A DNA stretch of 64,000 nt from a virus (Duplodnaviria; Caudoviricetes), in IMG/VR virus record IMGVR_UViG_2061766007_002855, positions 16,722-80,721 of that record; one strand, given 5' to 3'. Positions 55,491 to 64,000 of the stretch are shown piece by piece. Position numbers and translations under genes: made by a program. Position 1 is the stretch's first letter, and every line of letters begins with the position of its first letter. Below the pieces are notes generated by a model. The model worked only from the letters and a program-made list of their open reading frames with translations. It made no database searches and had not been told where the DNA came from.

Positions 55491-58304
55491 TTAGATATAT
55501 GTGAAATCAGTTGGCTTAAGACTTCTCCATTTCTTAACGGCCCAGTCATAAGTAATCTTATGAAGTTTAATCCATTCATCCCAAGGGACAAATTCATAAC
55601 TCCAACCTTTTGACCTTTGCATGGTAGCTTGAGACTTATCAGATAAATCATCCATTGCAGCCATCGAACCAGTTTCAGCCCAATTCTCAGAGATATCTAT
55701 ATTACGCCAACCATCACCATACCAGGAACAATGCTCAACAGGATAACCATTATCACGTAACCATTTTTCTTCTTTCTTAACAATCTCTTTCCACTCCTTA
55801 GTGGAACAGATTCCATATTCACGGCGGTTTAATCTCTCACGAGCATCCCACCATTCACTACGAGAATAGTTATTAGGATTCTTGATAACATCAATTATTT
55901 CCTTTTTAATTAAACTGAAATCAAGACAATGAGTCATTTCATGATACATGGTCTGTCTAACATTACCCCTTTCAGTTTGGATTCTGTTAAATGAATTAGG
56001 CAATACCCTAACTCTTTTATCACCCCATGTAGTATAACCTAAGGTACGTCTTTTATTCTCATTAACAAAGTCAATTCCCCTTGTTGCGAATTTAAAAATC
56101 TCTGGGGCTTCTTTATACATCTTAATGATTTCTTTCAAATCATAAGTACATTTACCGGAGTTGGTATTATCAATATATTTTTTAGCTCCAGTATTCTTTG
56201 TGAAATAAACATCAAAAGTAATTTCAACATCATGATTAATTATCTTACCAGTCTTGGTATCAGTATAAGTTAAGTGATCTGTAAACTTCTGAGTTGGCCT
56301 ACCTTTACCATCAACACCACGCTCATAATCCAATCCATAATATGCTGCAACATCTTCAGGAGTTTTCAAGTTATCATAATTCAATTCAGATGTTGGTTTG
56401 GATTGTTTAGTCTTAGGTTGACTATTAGTTTTTCTTTTACGAGGTTCTTTATAATCTTCACGATATCCTCTGCGGATACTGAATCCACGGTCAACCCATT
56501 CACGAGTATTGAATTCTTTAAGTAATGTATCTCCATAAGTTTTATTATACAAATCTTTTAACTGTTTATCATCAGTGATATTTTGTGATTTAGCTTCAAT
56601 AACTTTCTTGGTAGCAGCTAATTCAGCTTTTTTAAATACCACATCAACTTCATATTGACCATGATTAACAGTATGTAAATCTAATTTTTCTGGAGTTCGA
56701 ATATACCATAATTCCTTATCAGAAACAATTATATGATCTCCACCAGATAATGCTCTTGAATATTTTATATCAGTTGCACTAGGGAATGTTTGACCTTCAC
56801 TATTGGATATGGTTCGGATGCTGTTGAAAGGTTTATCAACATAATAATCTCGGAATTGGATGACTCCTTGTTTTCCTCTGATTTCTTTACCGATTAATTC
56901 ACCGGTTGTTGGATTGAATTCATATCCGTATCGGTTTTTGTTTTTGACTTTTTTACTGGACCATTTCAGGACTTCATCTAAAGCTTCATCTGTTAATGGT
57001 AAGTCTTTTTTCAAGTCAGAAACTTTTTCATCATATTTGACTTCAGGTAAAGGTTCCGGTTCTGGTTTAGGAGGTTCCGGTTTAGGTTCTTCTGGTTTCG
57101 GTTTCCCCATTGGCTTTTCCTTTTTAGGTTTATTTGGTTTAGGTTTTGGATGTGCATCATTGCCTAAAGCTTTCTTTTTCAACTCTAAAAATTTCTTTTC
57201 AAAAAAAGCCAATCTTTTCTGATGCCTTGTAATATCATCGATAGGTGCATCAGGATGTTCATCTAACCATTTTTTAAACCTTGGAATATTCCTTTTATAA
57301 TGGTCATATTTTTCACGTTCACCTGGTCTGAGATTTTTCATTAATTGTTCCTTTGTAGGTTCTGGTAATTCTTCTCCAGTTTTTCTTATATTAACAGATA
57401 AAGGAGTTAAATTGATTATTGGAGGATTCTCCGGAGGAGTAGTTTTTGTTTCCCATACAATCAAGTAAGTACATCTGCATAAAGGATGGAATGGAGGGAA
57501 TTTTCCTCCTTTGATTAATTTAACAATATCATGAACCTTTTCTCTTTCAAGCAATTCTGGTGAATAAACACGTGGTTCATCTTTATTGAATTTATAAGCA
57601 TATTCAAGACAAGTAGTGCAAACATTACTGTCTTCAGCTGTTAATAATTTGACTTGAGTGAATCCTTCATTCAAGTATGATTGCACCATTCCAGTATTCT
57701 GCATACGACTGGTTTCAGTTTTAGCTATCATTGTAGCTCTTTGACGTGCAGTGAATGGTGAACCATCCAATCTTGTAACTCCAGCTTTAGTTAATGTTCT
57801 GGATAAGTTATATGGATTTTCACCAGTGATGATTCCTTGCAGAATCTTATTTTTAACAGTTCTTTGCAAGTCACCAGTTAAATTACGGATTAACTCATAA
57901 TTATAATCTTTAGCAATTCTTATTGCTTGGATGTCCGCATCAGTATAACGGACAGATTCTTTCATATTAGAGTAGCCTTGTTTTTTACCCTCATCATATA
58001 TGGCATCAAGCAGATCATCTACTTTCTCATAATGGCCATCGAATATATCATCCCATGAATCTTCTAATGCATCGAATATTTCTTTCTCTAATTCTGCTTG
58101 TTGGAAGAAGTATTCTTTCGCAGCATCTGATTGTAACCATGCGATTGATTCGCCGATTTGGGTGTCCAGTAAGTCATCGATTAATTGATAGTATCTTTTG
58201 GTTTTATCATCATTGATGCTTTTACTATCAAATAATTCCCATAAGTCTAACTCATCAATTAGTAATTGATTGGTTAAGGTATGACTTGGTGCAAGTATAC
58301 TCAT
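55491..58304 (-). CDS. MuF/SPP1 gp7-like head morphogenesis protein with long C-terminal extension ending in an HExxH metallopeptidase-like domain
   Basis: RATMIAKTETSR, CTTC, PPFHPLCRC; Pro-rich linker; MYHEMTHCLD. Confidence 0.85.
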   Translation of the reverse strand: MSILAPSHTLTNQLLIDELDLWELFDSKSINDDKTKRYYQLIDDLLDTQIGESIAWLQSDAAKEYFFQQAELEKEIFDALEDSWDDIFDGHYEKVDDLLDAIYDEGKKQGYSNMKESVRYTDADIQAIRIAKDYNYELIRNLTGDLQRTVKNKILQGIITGENPYNLSRTLTKAGVTRLDGSPFTARQRATMIAKTETSRMQNTGMVQSYLNEGFTQVKLLTAEDSNVCTTCLEYAYKFNKDEPRVYSPELLEREKVHDIVKLIKGGKFPPFHPLCRCTYLIVWETKTTPPENPPIINLTPLSVNIRKTGEELPEPTKEQLMKNLRPGEREKYDHYKRNIPRFKKWLDEHPDAPIDDITRHQKRLAFFEKKFLELKKKALGNDAHPKPKPNKPKKEKPMGKPKPEEPKPEPPKPEPEPLPEVKYDEKVSDLKKDLPLTDEALDEVLKWSSKKVKNKNRYGYEFNPTTGELIGKEIRGKQGVIQFRDYYVDKPFNSIRTISNSEGQTFPSATDIKYSRALSGGDHIIVSDKELWYIRTPEKLDLHTVNHGQYEVDVVFKKAELAATKKVIEAKSQNITDDKQLKDLYNKTYGDTLLKEFNTREWVDRGFSIRRGYREDYKEPRKRKTNSQPKTKQSKPTSELNYDNLKTPEDVAAYYGLDYERGVDGKGRPTQKFTDHLTYTDTKTGKIINHDVEITFDVYFTKNTGAKKYIDNTNSGKCTYDLKEIIKMYKEAPEIFKFATRGIDFVNENKRRTLGYTTWGDKRVRVLPNSFNRIQTERGNVRQTMYHEMTHCLDFSLIKKEIIDVIKNPNNYSRSEWWDARERLNRREYGICSTKEWKEIVKKEEKWLRDNGYPVEHCSWYGDGWRNIDISENWAETGSMAAMDDLSDKSQATMQRSKGWSYEFVPWDEWIKLHKITYDWAVKKWRSLKPTDFTYI

Positions 58305-59635
58305 CTATATTCCTTTCCTAATCTTTCCATTAGTAATGCTTTTTGCAAGTTTTTATTTTCTAATTTTAAGCTTTTTTGCTCTGTATTGAATAGTTGGTTG
58401 ACACCGGCTTGGCCGTATCCTAATGGTTCGTTACCCCAATCAACTGGGTCCCATCCATAAGTCTTACGGATTTCATTAACAGTTCGTATACCGTCACGTA
58501 TCTGGGTTGATTCGATGTTAGCTCTTTTTAGTTCATCTTCAATGTCCATTTCATTGAATTGGAATACTTCGTCAAATCCATTACTGCCTAATGCTTTGTT
58601 AAATGCAGATTCATAGAATTTGGCTTTTGCATTCATGACATTTTTGAATTGTTCTTTTTGAGCTTCACCATTACCGCTTCCGAGGTTGGCGGTTTCGATT
58701 ACTCCAATCATTGCAGGGGGAACACGGAATAAACTGATTATCATGTCACGACACATGTTCATCATATTAACATAATCCATGTCCTTGTTATTCATATTTG
58801 CAGATTGATAGCTAGCTCCTTTTACGGCCAACATTCCACCATGCTTATTGACTTGTGATTGGATCATTGCTTGTAAACGTAATAGTTCTGCATTGAAATC
58901 TTCAGGGTCAATATCCTTATCAAATGATAATATTGCGGTTGGATCAATACCTTCATTCTCCATGAGTTTTTGGTTATAATCCAATCCGAGCCACATCATA
59001 AGTAATGGTTTTTGGATTTTCTCTAATTTGGATTCACCGAATTTAGATTCACGGAAATCAATGCTTGGCTCATAGATATGAATTAATTCTTCAGGTTCAT
59101 ATCTGATATTAGGTTTGTTCCTGAAACCGTATTGGTCAGTATCATCAAACCATCTAAGCAGGCTTGCAGGAACATACTGCAAACCATTAATGATATGGTA
59201 ATTGTTATGGTCGTAATCGAATTCTTCATAGTTGACTTCAATGAAAGTATCTCCAACTAATTCGAATGAGTTTACGATTTGTTTAATGAATACTGGGAAT
59301 GTTAAACTTGATTGATTTGCTTCAGGACTATTGAATAAATTTGTAAGGTATCTTACATTATTTACATTAACATGAAATTCATCAGGGTTATTTATCTTAA
59401 ATCCATTAATCAAGAATGTATCTGATATTGCGTTTACACAACTGTAGACATATGGATTGTCTTGAGCTTGTTTGAAGAAACCATAATGTCCAGCTGTTTT
59501 ATTTACTGTATTAAATAAGAAATGATAATCACGGACATATTGTTGGAATAAACTATCCGTGTATGGTTTTCGGAGTACTGGCATTACAGCATTCCTGAAT
59601 TTGGATTTTATATTCATGCGAAAATTATCTAACAT
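58301..59635 (-). CDS. portal protein (HK97 family)
   Basis: NPYVYSCVNAISD, GDTFIEV, IISLFRVPPAMIG, RTVNEIRKTYG. Confidence 0.9.
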   Translation of the reverse strand: MLDNFRMNIKSKFRNAVMPVLRKPYTDSLFQQYVRDYHFLFNTVNKTAGHYGFFKQAQDNPYVYSCVNAISDTFLINGFKINNPDEFHVNVNNVRYLTNLFNSPEANQSSLTFPVFIKQIVNSFELVGDTFIEVNYEEFDYDHNNYHIINGLQYVPASLLRWFDDTDQYGFRNKPNIRYEPEELIHIYEPSIDFRESKFGESKLEKIQKPLLMMWLGLDYNQKLMENEGIDPTAILSFDKDIDPEDFNAELLRLQAMIQSQVNKHGGMLAVKGASYQSANMNNKDMDYVNMMNMCRDMIISLFRVPPAMIGVIETANLGSGNGEAQKEQFKNVMNAKAKFYESAFNKALGSNGFDEVFQFNEMDIEDELKRANIESTQIRDGIRTVNEIRKTYGWDPVDWGNEPLGYGQAGVNQLFNTEQKSLKLENKNLQKALLMERLGKEYR

Positions 59636-59650
59636 AAAAATGATTCTCCT

Positions 59651-61009
59651 TTAAAAGTAGATTACACCTAATGGTGTTGCAGGGGTTGTTATATTAGCTG
59701 GACCATATAGTCCGCCTCTCCACATGTCGGGGCAGTGGTCGTTTATTTTTAATGGTTTGTCTTCACCACGTTGTTGGGCTCTTTTATCCCAACTGTAAGT
59801 CTGTGCTTGGCTTATGCTATTGACACAGTCTTGATGTATTAAGAATTTATTGTTAGCTATTAAGTCTTGGGTTTTCTTAATATCCTCATATGTATCTGGT
59901 ACATAGGTTTTGATTTTGATTTTAACTCGACTGTCTTTTTGACAAGCCGTTTTTAATGATGCTGCGTCGTGTGGTAGGTAGATGCTATTGTTTTCATTTA
60001 ATTGGTATTTGTCTTGTAATCTGACAATATCATCAACCCTTTCAGAGTCTGATTGTGCTACTCCAATATCTTCTTTATCGTAGTAGGTTTCCTCGAGTAA
60101 GTAATAGGTGTTGCCTTGATTGAGGTCTCTGTGTATGCCCATTACTCCGAAGGTTGTGACTGTACTGACTCCGTAGTCGCAACATAAGTTAATCTCATGA
60201 ATTTTTTGAGTTTCTGGGAATTCATCTTTCAAGTAATTCCATGTGAAAACATTTGCTTTGGTGTCGAACATGTCATAGATTGCTCCTTCGGCAATAACCC
60301 ATTCACCGAGAATGTTTCTTTTGTAGAAGACTTCACTTTTCTGATTAACACGTTTCAATTCTTCCACATATTCCGGTGGCAAGTTTGGATTATCATCCAA
60401 GAGGAACTTCCATGTCTTGACAGTTCCGGCTTTTAATAATTCATGGTCGTTAATGTAATTAGTGAAAATGTAATGATAAGGACTGTCTGGGTTGGTATTC
60501 CAGAACATTTTTGCACCGGTATCACTGCAACGTGATACGGCCATCTCTACTGCGGATTGTGGACATCTTGCTATCTCATCAGCATACCATCCACCAACAC
60601 TCATTCCTGCGATGACGTCTACGGCTTTCTCATCATTGAATCCCATGCAATAGCATATTTTATCTTCAATGTATAATTCACCGTCATATTCTTTATATTC
60701 ATGTGGAATATCTTCGGTGTTCATCATTGCAAGTAATGGATTGATAACATTCCTTTTCAATGATTTTGAAGTTTTTCCACTTATCAAAAATTCATGGGAT
60801 TTTGATTCAGCTAAGAATGTTAACCATCTTGCATTGCAGGTGATTGTTTTTCCGGACCTTACTGATCCATGAGCAATGTTAATCCAAGCATCTGAGTTTT
60901 CAAGAAAATTTATGGCTGTTCTTCCGAATTCACCATATTCGAAATAATTCTTAGTTGGTCTCATCTTCTCGCCTATGCTTCTCTTTACTTGCAGATATGG
61001 CATCAGCAA
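59651..61009 (-). CDS. terL: terminase large subunit
   Basis: Walker A HGSVRSGKT, YADE, TNPDSP, nuclease DYG...NDHCPD; start probably MRPTKN (60964). Confidence 0.92.
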   Translation of the reverse strand: MLMPYLQVKRSIGEKMRPTKNYFEYGEFGRTAINFLENSDAWINIAHGSVRSGKTITCNARWLTFLAESKSHEFLISGKTSKSLKRNVINPLLAMMNTEDIPHEYKEYDGELYIEDKICYCMGFNDEKAVDVIAGMSVGGWYADEIARCPQSAVEMAVSRCSDTGAKMFWNTNPDSPYHYIFTNYINDHELLKAGTVKTWKFLLDDNPNLPPEYVEELKRVNQKSEVFYKRNILGEWVIAEGAIYDMFDTKANVFTWNYLKDEFPETQKIHEINLCCDYGVSTVTTFGVMGIHRDLNQGNTYYLLEETYYDKEDIGVAQSDSERVDDIVRLQDKYQLNENNSIYLPHDAASLKTACQKDSRVKIKIKTYVPDTYEDIKKTQDLIANNKFLIHQDCVNSISQAQTYSWDKRAQQRGEDKPLKINDHCPDMWRGGLYGPANITTPATPLGVIYF

Positions 61010-61358
61010 GACCAGTTAAACCTTTGTGAGTAACATCGGCTTCGATTTTATCTCGTTTTCCATACAAGTTTGGATGTCTTCTTTCAAGCATCCATGCTGC
61101 AGCTTGCCAATGTTCCATACTGGCGCTTGTTATTACTTGCTCAAAATTATGCAATGCTTTTGCTTTTGCTTTATCAACACATTCTTTGAACTTAACAAAC
61201 TTGGTTCGACCTTTAGCATTCTCTGCTCTGTCAATCCAATTGTAATAAGTTTTTTCAGATATACCTACGTATCCACATGCACCAAGAATACTATCCCCAT
61301 TCTCAATTGCCTCACAAAACTTCTCTTGCAATTCTGGAGTTAATTTAGTCTTAGCCAT
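60951..61358 (-). CDS. terS: terminase small subunit (putative)
   Basis: HTH MAKTKLTPELQEKFCEAI...SEKTYYNW; WQAAAWMLERR; directly upstream of terL. Confidence 0.7.
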   Translation of the reverse strand: MAKTKLTPELQEKFCEAIENGDSILGACGYVGISEKTYYNWIDRAENAKGRTKFVKFKECVDKAKAKALHNFEQVITSASMEHWQAAAWMLERRHPNLYGKRDKIEADVTHKGLTGLADAISASKEKHRREDETN

Positions 61359-61419
61359 AAGGATTACCCTCCTCTTTTTTTTAATACTGTAATAACTGAA
61401 AATAATAAAAAAAATAAAG

Positions 61420-62397
61420 TTAAATTTTCTCCAAGACATTCACTCGGATATGCTCTGCAATGGCCCTCATCAAGTTAGGCGGTACACTATTACCAATCCT
61501 TTCTTTGACTTGATTATCCGAACCAATCCAATTGAATTCATTATCCTCATATGTGAAAGATTGCAATATGCTTAACTCTTTAACATCTAATTCACGATTC
61601 TCTTTATAGTGAACTAATTGAGGTTTACGGGTTATGGTTGGACATGGCCTATTCGGTAATAGTCTGTAAATATCCCTGGTCTTAGTTGGGAAGTTAGGAA
61701 CATCACCACTCTTTTGACCTGGACGTAAATATCTTGCATATCTTGTGATGCTTGAATTATTAGGTTTAATCTTACCCTCCAAATGTCCAATACTCTGTTT
61801 ACAGGTTATTGGTTTATTTTGAGGTTTCGGATGTGACGCCGGTATGCCCAAATCTTTACGAACACCAATGAATATCATCCTCTGCCGACTAGTTGGACAA
61901 TTATAATATTGGGCATTCATCAGTTTGGCTCTGACATCATAACCTGAGTTTTTCAATTCATGTAGGATGTCTTTGAAGATGATCTTCATATTACCTTTCA
62001 CCATACCAGAAACATTTTCCATCACGAATGTCTTTGGATACAATCCACGTAATAATCGGACGTATTCATGGTATAGTTGATTTTTGGTATCGCAGAAGTC
62101 ACGGGCTCCAGCAGTACTGAATCCTTGACATGGCGGTGACCCATCAAATAAATCTAATTCACCAGGTATCAATCCGGTTATGTCAAGGACTTTTTCAACA
62201 CTTAACTTATGGATGTCACCATAATAGATTGGGGTATCTGGGAAGTTTCTTTGATATGTTGCTACGGCATGTGTATCCATTTCAACTGCTAGCAGGACTT
62301 CATATCCTGCTAACTTATATCCATAACTGGAACCTCCGCATCCACTAAATGTTGATATAACCTTAGGTTTCTGAGTAGTCTGATTTTGGGATTTCAT
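61420..62397 (-). CDS. C5 cytosine DNA methyltransferase
   Basis: FSGCGG (I), GSPPCQGFS (IV), ENV (VI), RQRMIFIG (VIII), GNSVPP (X); start placed at MKSQ. Confidence 0.92.
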   Translation of the reverse strand: MKSQNQTTQKPKVISTFSGCGGSSYGYKLAGYEVLLAVEMDTHAVATYQRNFPDTPIYYGDIHKLSVEKVLDITGLIPGELDLFDGSPPCQGFSTAGARDFCDTKNQLYHEYVRLLRGLYPKTFVMENVSGMVKGNMKIIFKDILHELKNSGYDVRAKLMNAQYYNCPTSRQRMIFIGVRKDLGIPASHPKPQNKPITCKQSIGHLEGKIKPNNSSITRYARYLRPGQKSGDVPNFPTKTRDIYRLLPNRPCPTITRKPQLVHYKENRELDVKELSILQSFTYEDNEFNWIGSDNQVKERIGNSVPPNLMRAIAEHIRVNVLEKI

Positions 62398-63004
62398 ACC
62401 CACACCTTGGACAAGTGACTGTTTCAATACCGTCAGCTATGGATTCATCATATTCCGGTTCATCTTCAGGGATTATCATATTAGTATCTAGGTTGATGTC
62501 CTCTTCTTTTACTGTTGAGGTTTCTTCAACTGTAGCCTTATCATTGTTTAATCCTTGGAAGCCTAATATGTCATCATTGTTGAATCCAGTTAAACTTGTG
62601 TTGAATCCTGATTCTTTGAATTCATGGAATATATTAACGAGTTTATTTTCATCGAATGTTCCCATGACCTTGGTATTATTCAATACTAAGTTCAGGGCCT
62701 TCTCCATATCTTCTGAATCAAGGTTTTTATCATTGTCTGGGAATACCCATCCGTATGAATCATTCAACTTTAACAGGTTTAGTTCTGCATATAAATCATT
62801 GTCGAGGATGTATTGGTCTAATAAGACATCGAATCTTTGATGTCCTCCAATTATCCTGTGATTTTGCAGGTTGATTAGTATTGGTTCTACTATTCCAAAG
62901 TTATCAATACTATTTTTAAGTTTTGTTTTTTGATCTTCAGTTATGGTTCTTGGGTTATAATCTGCTGGGTATATGTCAGTTATTTTTATTTTTTCAAGTT
63001 CCAT
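62363..63004 (-). CDS. ParB/Srx N-terminal-like domain protein
   Basis: YNPRTIT...SIDNFGIVEPILIN...IIGGHQR. Confidence 0.8.
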   Translation of the reverse strand: MELEKIKITDIYPADYNPRTITEDQKTKLKNSIDNFGIVEPILINLQNHRIIGGHQRFDVLLDQYILDNDLYAELNLLKLNDSYGWVFPDNDKNLDSEDMEKALNLVLNNTKVMGTFDENKLVNIFHEFKESGFNTSLTGFNNDDILGFQGLNNDKATVEETSTVKEEDINLDTNMIIPEDEPEYDESIADGIETVTCPRCGYEIPKSDYSET

Positions 63005-63096
63005 CTTTGATGTCCTCCGATTAAAATATATCGATATATACCAAACCCTTATTCATTAAATCATGATTTAATGAGCATAAAAAAAATAATATAAAT

Positions 63097-63531
63097 TTAT
63101 AAGTGGACGAATTTGAATAAAACTCCAACAACAATACTGATGATGATTGGTGCTCCTATAGCTACCGTATTTCTGAAACTTCTCTGTGATGCTACAAAAT
63201 CAGTTAATTGTTCTTTTGTTTCTGCTAATTCATCAGATACTTTGTCGAATTTATCTTCTAAGTCTTTGAATCTTTTTTCAATATCTTTGTTGTTTTCATC
63301 TCTTGATTTTTGACTTGCTTTTAATAATACTGTCACTTCAGTAACCTTCTCAATGAGTTCAATCTGTTGTTGTCTGTCTGTAGCAAGTTCTTTGTTGATG
63401 TCATGAATGTCTTCTTTTTTATTATCCATTCGTGCTTTTAGTTCTGCATTTTCTTTTTCGAGGTTTGCGAATCTTTCTTCGTATAAGCATCCTGGATGGT
63501 CTTGACTAACTGGTGGTGTCATTGTTATCAC
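63097..63531 (-). CDS. coiled-coil protein with C-terminal TM anchor (lysis-associated, putative)
   Basis: Heptad-rich body; VAIGAPIIISIVVGVLF. Confidence 0.65.
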   Translation of the reverse strand: MITMTPPVSQDHPGCLYEERFANLEKENAELKARMDNKKEDIHDINKELATDRQQQIELIEKVTEVTVLLKASQKSRDENNKDIEKRFKDLEDKFDKVSDELAETKEQLTDFVASQRSFRNTVAIGAPIIISIVVGVLFKFVHL

Positions 63532-63590
63532 CTGTTAGTTCTTCGTATTCTCCGGCTGGGTCAATGTCTTCGATGATGTTTTCATCAGGT

Positions 63591-63908
63591 TTAGCAGCCT
63601 TCATTTTCATCACCAACTACCATATCCGCATCATCATATGTTAATATTTCATCTTCGTTGATAGTTGGATCATCATCAGAATATTGTTCATGCACCATTT
63701 CTTCAGCTACTTCAACACGTTTATTTTCTGTGGTTTGTGTTACGATATATGCTGCAACCCCTACGATTGGTGGGATTAACCATGCATATTCTACTGGTAT
63801 TATCTGTGCTAATCCATCTTTACCAAGATATGCTATAAACATTGCAATGAATGATATAGCTGTTGCGAATTTTGATTTATATTTGTAAGTTTCAACCATG
63901 GTTATCAC
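63591..63908 (-). CDS. holin-like protein
   Basis: Two TM helices and acidic tail in 105 aa. Confidence 0.55.
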   Translation of the reverse strand: MITMVETYKYKSKFATAISFIAMFIAYLGKDGLAQIIPVEYAWLIPPIVGVAAYIVTQTTENKRVEVAEEMVHEQYSDDDPTINEDEILTYDDADMVVGDENEGC

Positions 63909-64000
63909 TTTAGTTTAGTTTTTTTTTCATGAAAAAAAATGAGTTTGAATTTTAAGAGTGGGAGAGTAAATAGCTGATTTAAATGTGGCAGTAAAAAAAT

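Larger units (their letters stand above)
1..64000 (-). mobile_element. Tailed archaeal virus/provirus genome segment (myovirus-like, probable Methanobacteriales host); both window ends lie inside viral genes/regions
   Basis: Terminase, portal, HK97-type protease and capsid, sheath/tube/tape measure/baseplate J, integrase-family recombinase, MCM, PMBR-containing endolysin; no host housekeeping genes seen. Confidence 0.95.

Noticed and set aside
2011-63888. Numerous plus-strand and alternate-frame ORFs of 60-174 aa (e.g. 8116-8640, 17058-17462, 44329-44706, 7521-7847)
   Set aside because: Shadows of well-supported minus-strand genes, without RBS or recognisable motifs.

Overview
The whole window is part of one AT-rich tailed-virus (Caudoviricetes, myovirus-like) genome. 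MCM helicase, pseudomurein-binding repeats and GGTGA/GGAGG ribosome-binding sites point to a Methanobacteriales host, probably Methanobrevibacter-like (inference). Almost all genes are on the minus strand. Left to right: early/replication genes (ThyA-like, DinG/XPD-like helicase, MCM, putative annealase, SSB; 1-14055); a divergent ribbon-helix-helix switch; a cargo block; a tyrosine recombinase (17925-19124); a two-domain endolysin; tail/baseplate, head and packaging genes; a C5-methyltransferase, a ParB-like gene and holin-like genes. No host genes or provirus ends are visible. Two things stand out. (1) A shufflon-like array at 26866-34489: 16 cassettes of 142-157 aa, each a carbohydrate-binding-module-like domain starting at a conserved GTAAAAGA(TAA) site (7 on +, 9 on -). 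Only one is fused to a start-bearing adhesin N-terminus, and no recombinase lies beside the array. (2) About 930 nt without ORFs in the head module (54130-55057), packed with nested helices whose G-U pairs favour a plus-strand (antisense) large structured RNA. A second, smaller structured-RNA candidate lies at about 14420-14660. All protein calls come from motif recognition by eye; no database searches were run.
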